A DNA stretch of 64,000 nucleotides from an uncultured delta proteobacterium (GTDB taxonomy: Bacteria > Myxococcota_A > Polyangia > Haliangiales > Haliangiaceae). Numbering within the stretch: the first letter of the stretch is position 1; every line of letters begins with the position of its first letter. Where the stretch lies: NCBI GenBank assembly GCA_963848295.1, contig CAWKDB010000010.1, positions 1,440,001 to 1,504,000 on the forward strand, in the 5' to 3' direction. The notes below the pieces were generated by a model. That model worked only from the letters and a program-made list of their open reading frames with translations, was not told where the DNA came from and searched no databases. Positions 20,646 to 30,592 of the stretch are shown piece after piece. The translations under genes and the position numbers were made by a program.

Positions 20646-21683
20646 ATGAAGCGCCTCGTCTATGTCTCGGCCGCCCTGTGTTCTCTGCCACTGGTCGCGT
20701 GCTACGGCGGCGACCGCGCCGACGGGGTGTGCCCGGCGGGCGAAACCTGCTCGCCCGCGACGCCCGATGGACTGCTGTTCGTCGGCCGCAACCCGACCGA
20801 TCAGATCGCCCTGTCCGGCCCGCTCGCGACCGTGATCGGCGGCACTCAGGACGTCGAGCTCGAGTTCAACGACGCGACCCTCGGCGCGTTTGATCTCGCT
20901 TACACCGCGAAGGTCGATGCGCCGACCGGTGTCAACATCGACGCGACCTCGGGCTCGACCGTGACGGTCACCGGCACCGGCACCGACGCGAACTACGTGC
21001 GCATCGTCGATCCGAACGGCGAGCTCTACGATCGGAAGCAGATGACGGGCGCCTCGATCGACACCGTCTCGCTCGTACCTGCCGCGGTCGAGACGATCCC
21101 GAGCGGGATGGACATCTCGTTCGCGACCAGCAACGAGAAGTTCGTGGTCGCGTTGACCGGTCGCGTCGAGGACTCGGTGCTCGGCGAGATCGAGGAGCGC
21201 CTGATCGACGATTCGATGCAGCTCACGCTCGCCGGCTCGCTGCGCGTCGGCTGGGATGCGTTCACGATGCCGAGCGCGACCGCCGGTGTGTACTCGCTCG
21301 CCGTCAGCTCGGGCGATTACAGCGGCCCACCGCTCGATCTCGTGATCGTCGACCACATCGATGCGCTAGCCGCGCAACCGGATGCGCCGGGCTCGATCGC
21401 GCAGAACGAGTCGGTGATCGTGTGCTTCACCGCGTCGAGCTCGGGCCGCTATGTCGCCGGCCTCGACTGGGCGTTCACGGTCAACGACCAGGCCGTCACC
21501 GCGTTCGGTAACAACTGCGCCAATGTCTACACGGCCGCCGCGTCGGGAACGCTCACGGTCAAGGCAAGCGTCGCCGGCATGTCCGCGCAGACGACGTTGG
21601 CGGTTGGCCCAGCGTCGCGCCAGGTGCCGGGGAAGCGACCGTTGGCGTGGCGCGAGCCGGCCGGCGAGCGGGCGGCCGACTGA
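20646..21683 (+). CDS. Hypothetical beta-rich lipoprotein (paralog 1)
   Basis: Lipobox LVAC; shares TV.GGTQ, VRIVDP, RL.DD, WD, VCFTA, DW.F, NCA with the next gene. Confidence 0.7.
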   Translation: MKRLVYVSAALCSLPLVACYGGDRADGVCPAGETCSPATPDGLLFVGRNPTDQIALSGPLATVIGGTQDVELEFNDATLGAFDLAYTAKVDAPTGVNIDATSGSTVTVTGTGTDANYVRIVDPNGELYDRKQMTGASIDTVSLVPAAVETIPSGMDISFATSNEKFVVALTGRVEDSVLGEIEERLIDDSMQLTLAGSLRVGWDAFTMPSATAGVYSLAVSSGDYSGPPLDLVIVDHIDALAAQPDAPGSIAQNESVIVCFTASSSGRYVAGLDWAFTVNDQAVTAFGNNCANVYTAAASGTLTVKASVAGMSAQTTLAVGPASRQVPGKRPLAWREPAGERAAD

Positions 21684-22639
21684 TGCGCTGGCTGCTCGGC
21701 GCGCTAGCCACGTCGGCGTGCCTCGGCGGGACGGATCGGCCATTGCTGTGCGGCTCGGACTGCGGCTCGGACTACTCGCCGATCGACGTGACGATCACAG
21801 GCCGCGAGGTCGGCGACGACGGCGAGCTGATGCTCGACGGGCAACAGCTGCGCTACCCCACCGTGGTTGGCGGCACCCAGACGTTCGGGCTCCACTTCAC
21901 GTTGGACGGCGAGCCTACCGAGGTCACGAGCTGGAAGGCCTCGATCAACGGGCCGGCGCTGACCGAGCTGCCAACCGGCGATGAAGGCGACAACCTCGCG
22001 CTCGTCGGCGCAACCGCCGGCAGTGCGGACGTCCGCATCGTCGATCCCGCGACCGGCCAGCTCTACAACGGCAACACGCTGCTCTCGGTCGACCTCGCGA
22101 TGATCTCGTTCGTGCCCGCTCGCACCGAGTGGCCCTCGACGCCCTCGATCGCGTTCGCGAACGGCACGTTCGGCGTGGTCATCGCGCTGTCCGATGGCGG
22201 CACGGACCTCGCCACCCGACTCGTCGACGACACGATCGCGGTCGACGCCGGGCCGATCACGCGCAGCGCGTGGGACACGCTCGACCTCACCGGGCTTGCC
22301 GCGGGAGACTATCCGGTGACGGTCACCGCCGCGGGGCAAACCTTCGCGCTCGACCTGGCCGTCGCCGACGCCCCCGATGCGGTCACCGGCGATGACGTTT
22401 CGGTGACGTTCGGCGCGACCGACGGCGTGTGCTTCACCGCGGTCGCGAGCGATCGCGGCGTGGTCGGCTACGACTGGACCTTCGCGAGTAACGGTATCGC
22501 GCTTCCGACGTTCGGCAAGCCATTCTCGAACTGCGCGTCGACCGCGTCACTCGGGCCGGCAGGCACCGTCCAACCGGTGACCGCGACGGCGCGCGGCGTC
22601 ACCGGGACGGCGAACGTCACGATCACGCCGGCGACGTAA
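21683..22639 (+). CDS. Hypothetical beta-rich lipoprotein (paralog 2)
   Basis: ATG overlaps upstream TGA; lipobox TSAC; same motifs as paralog 1. Confidence 0.7.
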   Translation: MRWLLGALATSACLGGTDRPLLCGSDCGSDYSPIDVTITGREVGDDGELMLDGQQLRYPTVVGGTQTFGLHFTLDGEPTEVTSWKASINGPALTELPTGDEGDNLALVGATAGSADVRIVDPATGQLYNGNTLLSVDLAMISFVPARTEWPSTPSIAFANGTFGVVIALSDGGTDLATRLVDDTIAVDAGPITRSAWDTLDLTGLAAGDYPVTVTAAGQTFALDLAVADAPDAVTGDDVSVTFGATDGVCFTAVASDRGVVGYDWTFASNGIALPTFGKPFSNCASTASLGPAGTVQPVTATARGVTGTANVTITPAT

Positions 22640-22664
22640 CGCGACGGCGAGGTATGCTCCGCGG

Positions 22665-23075
22665 ATGGCGGACACGATCTTCGGCAAGATCTTGCGCAAC
22701 GAGCTTCCTTGCCACCGCGTCTACGAAGACGCCGATGTCGTCGCGTTCCTCGATGTCAATCCGCTGGCGCGCGGTCACACGCTTGTGATCCCGCGCGAGC
22801 CGGCGGTCACGCTCGACGAGCTGTCCGATGCATCCTCGGCGGCGATCGGTCGCGCGTTGCCGCGGATCGCTCGCGCGGTGATGGCGGCGACCGGCACCCG
22901 CGCGTACAACGTGTTGCAGAACAACGGCACCGCGGCGCACCAGGTCGTGATGCACGTGCACTTCCACATCATCCCGAAGCCGGATGCCGATCACGGGCTC
23001 GGCATCGGATGGCCGGCCGGCACGCTCGAGCACGGGGCGGAGCTCGCGAAGGCGATCGCGGACAAGCTCGCGTGA
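22665..23075 (+). CDS. HIT family protein
   Basis: TIFGKI, GHTLVIP, HVHFHII histidine triad. Confidence 0.95.
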   Translation: MADTIFGKILRNELPCHRVYEDADVVAFLDVNPLARGHTLVIPREPAVTLDELSDASSAAIGRALPRIARAVMAATGTRAYNVLQNNGTAAHQVVMHVHFHIIPKPDADHGLGIGWPAGTLEHGAELAKAIADKLA

Positions 23076-24112
23076 CCCGAATCGCTGCGCTAGCGGCGCT
23101 CGCGCTCTCGGGGTGCCTGTATGCGCGCTTCGTCGTCGAGCAGGCGCCCGGGCAGCTCGAGATCTTGACGAGCGCGCGTCCGCTCGACGAGGTGATTCGC
23201 GATCCCGAGACCCCGCTACGCACGGCGATGATGCTGGCGGAGATTCCCGAGATCAAACGCTACGGGCGGAGCTACGGGCTGACGATCCGACACAATTACG
23301 AGACCTACGTCCAGCTCGAGCGACCGGCGGCGGTGTGGTTCGTCGGTGCGGCGGATCCGGTGGCGTTCAAGCCGAAGCCGTGGTGCTTCCCGTTCGTCGG
23401 CTGCTTCCCCGGCTTGGGGTTCTTCGATGAAGACGAAGCGATCGCGATGGAGCAGAAGCTGATCGGCGATGGCTACGACACGGTCCTGCGTACGGCGTCG
23501 GCGTACTCCACCGGCGGCCGGCTTTCCGACCCGGTGCTATCGTCGATGCTGGGCGGCGGCGACGACGCGCTGCCGTACCTCGCAAACACGATCCTGCACG
23601 AGTCGGTGCACGCGACGGTGCTGATCAAGGACGAGCAGTTCTTCAACGAGAGCCTCGCCGAGTACATCGCCGACGTGCTGACCGACCACTGGATCGAGGT
23701 GCGCTTCGGCCCGGGCACCCCCGAGCAAGTCGCGTGGACGCTCGGCCAGGCGCGATACCTGACCGATGCCGCGCGCCGACTCTCGGCGTACTCCGCACTC
23801 AAAGCGGTCTACGCGTCGAACAAGCCGCGGGCCGAGAAGCTCGCCGAAAAGGCGAAGATCATCGATGCGCTCGTCGCGGACTTGCACATGCGCAAGCGGC
23901 CGAACAACGCCACGCTCAACGAGTCGAAGCTGTACAACGGCGGCGCCGCTGCGCTACACGAGGCCCACGTCGCGTGTGGCGACATCGCGGCATTGATCCG
24001 CGCGGCGAAGACGCTCGAGCGCAAGGACTTCACGTCCGAGCTGCAAGACGACTTGACCCCGATCGGCAAGCTGCTCGGCGAGCGCTGCGCCGCCGCCAAA
24101 AATCGCACCTGA
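23072..24112 (+). CDS. Putative zinc-dependent aminopeptidase lipoprotein
   Basis: Lipobox LSGC; WCFPFVGC, AYSTGG, HESVH..FNESLA. Confidence 0.8.
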   Translation: MTRIAALAALALSGCLYARFVVEQAPGQLEILTSARPLDEVIRDPETPLRTAMMLAEIPEIKRYGRSYGLTIRHNYETYVQLERPAAVWFVGAADPVAFKPKPWCFPFVGCFPGLGFFDEDEAIAMEQKLIGDGYDTVLRTASAYSTGGRLSDPVLSSMLGGGDDALPYLANTILHESVHATVLIKDEQFFNESLAEYIADVLTDHWIEVRFGPGTPEQVAWTLGQARYLTDAARRLSAYSALKAVYASNKPRAEKLAEKAKIIDALVADLHMRKRPNNATLNESKLYNGGAAALHEAHVACGDIAALIRAAKTLERKDFTSELQDDLTPIGKLLGERCAAAKNRT

Positions 24113-24193
24113 ATGACTGTGCAGCGGAGTCGTCTTTGGCATAAAACTGGATCACCGCGCGGCGGCGGCCGACCAGATTTTTCGGGGGAACCA

Positions 24194-24967
24194 ATGCGAT
24201 CGCTCGCCGTCGTCGTCAGCCTGCTCGCTCTCACCGCCACGTCGCAGGCGCACGTCCGCCACAAGCATCGCGCCCCTCGCGCGAGCGCTCGCCACGCCGA
24301 CCGCCAGGCCCACGACCGGCTCGACGGCTCGGACAGCGCCTCCGGCTGGCGGCGCGGTTCGATCGAGGGGCAGAGCGTCGGCCAGCCGTGGTCGGGTCGG
24401 TTGCGCGACGCGACGAAGCTCGAAGAAGGTGACGGCTACGTCATTCGCCGCCCGTACCGCGCGTACGGCACCGCGACCACGATCTCGCTCGTCGAGCAGG
24501 TGATCACCTCGATTCGCGCGAAGTTCCCCGACAACCACGTGCTCGCGATCGGCGACATCTCGGCCGAGCACGGCGGGCCGATCACCCAACACCACTCGCA
24601 CCAGGCGGGTCGCGATATCGACGTCGGCCTGTTTTACAAGGAGAAGCCGCGCGACTACCCCGCGAGCTTCGTGACCGCGACCGCGGCCAACCTCGATTGC
24701 GCGTCGACCTTCGCGCTGCTCTCGGCGTTCGCCGACACCGCGCACGAGAACGGCGGCGCGCAGATCATCTTCCTCGACTACGACGTCCAAGGCCTGCTCT
24801 ACAACTGGGCGATCGACCACGGCGTCGGCGTCGAGCGGCTGGAGCGACTGTTCCAGTATCCGAGAGGTCGTGATTCGAGCGATGGCCTCGTTCGCCACTT
24901 CCCGAACCACGACAATCACATGCACGTCCGGTTCAAGTGCAACGCCGCCGACAGCGCGTGCCGATAG
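24194..24967 (+). CDS. Penicillin-insensitive murein endopeptidase (MepA-like)
   Basis: GDIS..HGG...HHSHQAGRDID and HDNHMHVR motifs; signal peptide. Confidence 0.85.
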   Translation: MRSLAVVVSLLALTATSQAHVRHKHRAPRASARHADRQAHDRLDGSDSASGWRRGSIEGQSVGQPWSGRLRDATKLEEGDGYVIRRPYRAYGTATTISLVEQVITSIRAKFPDNHVLAIGDISAEHGGPITQHHSHQAGRDIDVGLFYKEKPRDYPASFVTATAANLDCASTFALLSAFADTAHENGGAQIIFLDYDVQGLLYNWAIDHGVGVERLERLFQYPRGRDSSDGLVRHFPNHDNHMHVRFKCNAADSACR

Positions 24968-24993
24968 CCGCGGAACCTGAGCTGGGAACCGAT

Positions 24994-26517
24994 CTAGTGC
25001 GTTAGCTTGCGGATGAAGTCGCCGGCGCGCGAGACCACGCCGCTGCCGTAGAGCTGCTTGACGAGGCCCTTCAGCTGCTTCGTCGCGTTCTTCGGCTGGC
25101 GAAAGCTCATCATGTTGACCGGAATCGACATGAGTTGCTCGGACGTCGACTTGATCCGCGTGAACTCGCGAATGCCCTCGTCCCCGTGGATCCGGCCGAA
25201 CCCGGAGTCGCCGATGCCACCGAACGGTAGCGTCGGCATCCCGGCGAATGCCATGACCGAGTTGATCGAGGTCATGCCCGCGCGCAGCCGCTCGGCGATC
25301 GCGCGCGCGGCCTTGCCGGCGAACACGGTCGAGCCAAGCCCGTAGCTCGTGTCGTTCGACAGCTGGACCGCTTCTTCGACCGACTTGACCTTCGCGATCG
25401 GGATCACCGGCCCGAACGTCTCGTCCGTCATGATCTTCATGCGGTGATCGACGCCGGTGAGCACCGTCGGCTGGATGTAGCTGCCCGAGATCGCGGCCGG
25501 GCCGCCGGTCAGCACCTTCGCGCCCTTCGCGATCGCATCGTCGAGATGGTCCTTGACGATCGCGACCTGCGCGGGGCTCGTCATCGCTCCGAGCTGAGCG
25601 TCGTCGCCGCCGACCTTGAGCTCCTTGACCTGCTTGACGACCTCGGTGACGAATGCATCGTGGACCGCTTCGGCGACGTAGACGCGCTCGACGGAGATGC
25701 ACGCCTGACCCGCGTTGGTCAGCGCGCCGTACACGCAGGCTTCGGCGGCCTTCGCGAGGTCGGCGTCTTCGGCGACGATCATCGGATCCTTGCCGCCGAG
25801 CTCGAGCAGCACCGGCGTCAGCCGCTCCGAGGCCGCAGCCATCACGCGCCGTCCCGTCGCGGCCGAGCCGGTGAACGCGATCTTGTCGACTGCGGAGCGA
25901 GCGAGCGCGGCGCCCGTCGCGCCGGCACCGGTCACCACCTGCAGCAGATCGGGCAGCGCGAACGTGCGCTTCGCGATCTCGGCAAGCTCGACCGCCACGA
26001 GCGGTGTCAGCTCGCTCGGCTTCCACACGACCGCGTTGCCCGCCGCCAGCGCGTACGAGATCGAGCCCATCGGCGTGAACAGTGGATAGTTCCACGGGCC
26101 GATCACGCCGATCACACCGAGCGGGTGGTAGCTGATCGTCGCTCGGAAGTTCGCGAGCAAGCCCGGCGACACCCGCCGCGGTGTCATCGCGTGCTCGGCG
26201 ATCGCGGTCGCGTGCTTGATGTGGCCGAGCGCCATCATCACTTCGGTGTAGGCCTCGAGCTCGGGCTTGCCGTTCTCGCGGTGAATGATGCCGGCGAGCT
26301 TGTCGACATTGTCGGCGATCGCCTTGCGGAACGCGACGAGCTCTTCGGTGCGCGCCGCGAACGACAGCGCCGACCACGCTTGGCCGGCTGCGCGAGCGCG
26401 GGCGACCGCGGCATCGACCTCGGCGGGCGTCATGATCGGAACCGTACCGATGACCTCACCGGTCGACGGATCGTGGCTAGAGAGTCGTTCGGTGCTCGAC
26501 GTGACGTGGGTCGCCAT
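24994..26517 (-). CDS. Aldehyde dehydrogenase
   Basis: PWNYP, KPSE, FTGS, LELGGKDP, GQAC, ETFGPV. Confidence 0.95.
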   Translation of the reverse strand: MATHVTSSTERLSSHDPSTGEVIGTVPIMTPAEVDAAVARARAAGQAWSALSFAARTEELVAFRKAIADNVDKLAGIIHRENGKPELEAYTEVMMALGHIKHATAIAEHAMTPRRVSPGLLANFRATISYHPLGVIGVIGPWNYPLFTPMGSISYALAAGNAVVWKPSELTPLVAVELAEIAKRTFALPDLLQVVTGAGATGAALARSAVDKIAFTGSAATGRRVMAAASERLTPVLLELGGKDPMIVAEDADLAKAAEACVYGALTNAGQACISVERVYVAEAVHDAFVTEVVKQVKELKVGGDDAQLGAMTSPAQVAIVKDHLDDAIAKGAKVLTGGPAAISGSYIQPTVLTGVDHRMKIMTDETFGPVIPIAKVKSVEEAVQLSNDTSYGLGSTVFAGKAARAIAERLRAGMTSINSVMAFAGMPTLPFGGIGDSGFGRIHGDEGIREFTRIKSTSEQLMSIPVNMMSFRQPKNATKQLKGLVKQLYGSGVVSRAGDFIRKLTH

Positions 26518-26668
26518 GCGGTCAAGATCGCACACGACTGGCTGGTCCCCAAGGGCGATCAGCGCGATGACGCGGCCCCGCAAGCGGGGGCCTCTCGGCC
26601 CAAGGAGTCGGCCGTCCTTGCCGCGCCGGACAGCCGATCGATCGAAAGGCCTCGAGGCTGGAGCGCGT

Positions 26669-28279
26669 TCACTTAGGCGATACCGCGGGTGCGCTGTCGC
26701 CCTGAGTCTCGATCGCGATCGCGACCCCAGCGACGACGCCGAGCGCCATCAAGATCAACAGCACGACCCAACCCGCGCTCGATTTGATCTTGTAATCGGC
26801 GGGCATCATCGTCGGGATCCGCGTCGACGTCGGCTGCATCATCTGTCGCTGCGCGACGCCGGTGGTCCATCCGAGCTTCGCGTCATCGACGAGCGGGCGC
26901 GCCCCGACATCGCTGATCTCGTCCTTGGGGATCCTGGGCGATTCCATCCGGCGCGGCGGAACTCCCGAGCCGGTGAGCGTATCGACCTCGGGATCGAGGT
27001 CGGCTTGCGCCGGGTTGCCCTGGGCCGGCGTGCGGCGCGATCCGGCCCGAGGCGCATAGGCCGGCTCCGGAGCTTGTTGCCATGCCGCGGCGTCTTGCGG
27101 CGGGCTCGACGACCGCTTCGGCATCGGCGTCGGACGCACCGGCGCCGGGACCTCGGGCAGTGCGTCGGTCTGTGCGCGCGACGACGGCGGTCGTTGCGCC
27201 TCCATGTGCGGCGATGATGGGCGCCGCTCTTCGATGATCGACGTCTTCTCGTTGTCGACCTCGCCGTCATCATCGGTCTCGGTGATCTGCGTGCGGTCGG
27301 GACCGCCCGGACTCGACCCTTCGACCCACGGCTCGCGCTTAGAGCCGAACAGCTGCGTCATGAACCGGCCCATCGCCGTGTCCGAGCCGTTGAGCTTCGC
27401 GCGCACGGTGAACGCGTCGAGCGCTTCGATCATCTCGGCCGCGGTCTGGAACCGCGAGCCCGGATCGTTCGCCATCGCGGTGAGCACGATCGCCTCGAGC
27501 TCGCGCGGGTAGCCCGGCACCGCGACCGACGGCAGCATCACGTCGCCGGCGACGATCCGCTTCATCGTCTCGAAGTCGTCGTTGCCTTTGAACGCTCGGC
27601 GCAACGTGGTCAGCTCGTAGAGACAGATGCCGAGCGCGAAGATGTCGCTGCGCCGGTCGATCGGCTTGCCCTTGCACTGCTCCGGCGACATGTAGCCGTA
27701 CTTGCCCTTGATCGTGCCACCGACCGTCTTGGTCGCGCGCTCCTCGGCTTTCGCGATGCCGAAATCCAAGACCTTCACGCTGCCGTCGAAGCCGACCATG
27801 ATGTTCGCCGGCGAGACGTCGCGGTGAACGATGTTGAGCGGCTGGCCTTGTTTGCCTTTGCGCTCGTGCGCGTGATGCAGCCCGGCCGCCGCGCCGCTCA
27901 CGATCATCACCGCGAGCTCGAGTGGAATCGTCCAGCCACGCCGCAGGGTGGTCTCGAGAATCGCGCGCGCGTTCTCGCCATGGACGTACTCCATCGCCAT
28001 GAAGTAGGCGCCGTCGGCCTGATCGACTTCGTAGACTTGCGCGACGTTCTGGTGATTGAGCGTCGCCGCGAGCCGCGCCTCGTCCAGGAACATCGTGACG
28101 AACCGCTGATCGCTCGCGCGCTCGCGCAAGATCGTCTTCAGCACCACGTGGCGCTCGAACGAGCCCAACCCGGACTGGCGCGCGAGATAGATCTGCGCCA
28201 TTCCGCCCGTTGCGAGGTGACTGATCACCTCGTAGCGGCCAACCCGCAAGGGGGCCCCTGACGTGGGCTCCGGCACCAC
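26669..28279 (-). CDS. Eukaryotic-type Ser/Thr protein kinase with C-terminal TM
   Basis: GGMA, HRDVSPAN, DFG, YMSPEQ; Pro-rich linker; TM helix. Confidence 0.95.
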   Translation of the reverse strand: MVPEPTSGAPLRVGRYEVISHLATGGMAQIYLARQSGLGSFERHVVLKTILRERASDQRFVTMFLDEARLAATLNHQNVAQVYEVDQADGAYFMAMEYVHGENARAILETTLRRGWTIPLELAVMIVSGAAAGLHHAHERKGKQGQPLNIVHRDVSPANIMVGFDGSVKVLDFGIAKAEERATKTVGGTIKGKYGYMSPEQCKGKPIDRRSDIFALGICLYELTTLRRAFKGNDDFETMKRIVAGDVMLPSVAVPGYPRELEAIVLTAMANDPGSRFQTAAEMIEALDAFTVRAKLNGSDTAMGRFMTQLFGSKREPWVEGSSPGGPDRTQITETDDDGEVDNEKTSIIEERRPSSPHMEAQRPPSSRAQTDALPEVPAPVRPTPMPKRSSSPPQDAAAWQQAPEPAYAPRAGSRRTPAQGNPAQADLDPEVDTLTGSGVPPRRMESPRIPKDEISDVGARPLVDDAKLGWTTGVAQRQMMQPTSTRIPTMMPADYKIKSSAGWVVLLILMALGVVAGVAIAIETQGDSAPAVSPK

Positions 28280-28366
28280 CTGTGAAGGATCGGCTGCTTA
28301 GCTCGGTGTGTCAAGCGGACGTCCGCTCACGATCTCCGTCGAAGCGCTACATGGGTTCCCGCGATC

Positions 28367-29140
28367 ATGGCAACGTTCAGGTCGGTGTCACACACGACGC
28401 TCGAGATCGCGCTGTCCGGGGCGTTGCCGGCGATCGTCGCGATGTGGGTCGTCGACCGACTAGACGCCAAGCGGCCCGAGCCGCCGAGGCTGCGCCGGCT
28501 CGTCGCATTCGCGGGCATGCTGTCGACGATCCCCGCGATCCTGATCGAGCTTCAGCTGACGAAGCGGGCCGCTCCATACATCGGCCCACAGCTCACCTAT
28601 CAGGGCGCGGTGTTTCACGCGTTCGGGGTCGCGGCCGTTGTCGAGGAGGCTTGCAAGATCGCGGTGGTTTACTGGGTGGTCTGGCGCCGGCCCGAGTTCG
28701 ACGAACGCATGGATGGGATCGTCTACGCGAGCCGCGCCGGCCTGGGGTTCGCGCTCGTCGAGAACGTGCTGTACCTGATGCAGCAGCCATCGGCCGGCGG
28801 CGAGCTCCAGGTGTGGATCCTACGCGCGGTGCTCGCGGTACCGGGCCACGCGATCTGGACCGGCATGATCGGCGCCCTCGCCGCGCGCCGGCGGTTCGAC
28901 GGCAAGGGTCTCGGACTCCTCGGCGGCTATCTGCTCGCGGTCGCGTTTCATGGCACGTACGACATGTGCGTATTTTTGCAGGCGCCGCTCCACCTCGAAG
29001 GCCACACGACGCTGTCGATGCTCGTGATGCCTGCGCTGGGGGCGATCACGCTGCTGGGCTTCCTCTTGCTGCGCGGGATGGCGCGTTCGGCGCTGCGGCT
29101 CGACGACCTCGATGCCGCTCGCGCCGCGCAGGTTGCTTGA
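28367..29140 (+). CDS. PrsW-family intramembrane metalloprotease
   Basis: EEACK, DGIVY, GFALVEN, H..W, FHGTYD. Confidence 0.9.
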   Translation: MATFRSVSHTTLEIALSGALPAIVAMWVVDRLDAKRPEPPRLRRLVAFAGMLSTIPAILIELQLTKRAAPYIGPQLTYQGAVFHAFGVAAVVEEACKIAVVYWVVWRRPEFDERMDGIVYASRAGLGFALVENVLYLMQQPSAGGELQVWILRAVLAVPGHAIWTGMIGALAARRRFDGKGLGLLGGYLLAVAFHGTYDMCVFLQAPLHLEGHTTLSMLVMPALGAITLLGFLLLRGMARSALRLDDLDAARAAQVA

Positions 29141-29142
29141 GC

Positions 29143-29607
29143 TCACTCGCGCGCGCGCAACAGCCGGATCGCGGCGGTGGCGCCGAAGACGATCGCGATC
29201 GCGAAGGTCGGCAGCCCACGATCGATCGACATGCCCGGCAGCGACGGCAACTGGACGGCGAACGCCACGGCCGCGGCGATCGCGGTGACGATCGAGACCA
29301 ACACGAGCTTCGCGAGCTGACGCGGAATGCGCCGCGACGCGACGGTGCCCGCCATCGCGATCAACAACACCATCGCGATCAACCCCGCGGCGGTCGTCGC
29401 GGTCGCGCTGCGCTGCCACAGCGAGCTGCCACCGACCCAGTCGAGGTTCGTCGGGTGACACTCACCATCGAAACAATTGACCGATCCGAACGGGCCGATC
29501 GGCACGCCCGCGACCGTCCACCACTGGCCGCCTTCGACGGCGAGCGCGAATCCCCCCGCGCCGAGCAGCGCGAGCGAGATCGTGATCCAGCGAGAGCGCG
29601 CGGTCAT
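29143..29607 (-). CDS. Hypothetical 4-TM membrane protein
   Basis: Four hydrophobic segments; W..and C..C loop after TM1. Confidence 0.6.
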   Translation of the reverse strand: MTARSRWITISLALLGAGGFALAVEGGQWWTVAGVPIGPFGSVNCFDGECHPTNLDWVGGSSLWQRSATATTAAGLIAMVLLIAMAGTVASRRIPRQLAKLVLVSIVTAIAAAVAFAVQLPSLPGMSIDRGLPTFAIAIVFGATAAIRLLRARE

Positions 29608-29711
29608 CGGCGGCGCATCTTACATAACTGTGGCGGGATGAAAACCGCGTTGCCTACATTGACCTCGCACGGCCTCGTGCAAAAAACTGGTGTTTGCCTC
29701 GCAGCCCGCTC

Positions 29712-30560
29712 ATGGATCGCGCCCCGCTCCTCCGCAGTCTGTTGTTCGTCCCGCTCCTCGCGTGCGCGGTCACGGCGGTCGCGGTGCAGGCGCCGGCGAC
29801 GATCGAGGTCGCGGCTCCGGAGCCGACCGACTTCGTGAATCTCGGCCGCGCGGTGCATTGGCTCGGTGAGATCGATCTTCGCTTCGACGTCGACGCGGCT
29901 CGCGGCCGACTCGCGAGCCTCGGCCTGATCGTCCACGACGGCGTGATCGAAGCGAACGACCGACTCGAAGCATACGCCCAGTACTTGCCGCTGCCGGTGC
30001 CCGATCTGCGGATGCTGACGGTGTCGCCGGTCGAGAAGGTCGAGAGCTCGGGCTACGGCTGGCGGGACGATCCGTTCCACCACGATCGCCGGTTCCACTA
30101 CGGCACGGACTTTCATGCGAAGCCGGGCACGACCGTGATGGCGGCCGGACCGGGCACGGTGGTCTATGCTACCTGGCAAAGCGGTTACGGCAAGGTCGTC
30201 TATATCGATCATGGCGGTGGCGTGATCACGCGCTACGGTCACCTGCGGCGGATCACGACCAAGAAGGGCGCAACCGTCGCCGCCGGCGATCAGATCGGCG
30301 AGGTCGGCTCGACCGGCCACGCGACCGGCCCGCACCTCCACTTCGAGGTCCGGCTCGACGGCCGCGCGGTGGATCCGGTCACCGCGATGACGGTCGCGAG
30401 CCTCGAGCGCGACCATCCCGCGGCCGGGCACATCGCCGCGTTCTCGCTCGCGCCGGCCGTTCAGGCGAAGTCGCGCGATCACCAGGACGCGACGAACCGC
30501 CGCACGGCAACTCGCCCCGAACGCGCTGGCCGCACCAAGCGTGCGCAGGTCCTCTGGTAG
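29712..30560 (+). CDS. M23 family metallopeptidase
   Basis: SSGYGWR.DP, HYGTD, YGHL, TGPHLHFEV. Confidence 0.92.
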   Translation: MDRAPLLRSLLFVPLLACAVTAVAVQAPATIEVAAPEPTDFVNLGRAVHWLGEIDLRFDVDAARGRLASLGLIVHDGVIEANDRLEAYAQYLPLPVPDLRMLTVSPVEKVESSGYGWRDDPFHHDRRFHYGTDFHAKPGTTVMAAGPGTVVYATWQSGYGKVVYIDHGGGVITRYGHLRRITTKKGATVAAGDQIGEVGSTGHATGPHLHFEVRLDGRAVDPVTAMTVASLERDHPAAGHIAAFSLAPAVQAKSRDHQDATNRRTATRPERAGRTKRAQVLW

Positions 30561-30592
30561 CGCCGCCCGTCGAGCCGGGATAGAACTCCCGC

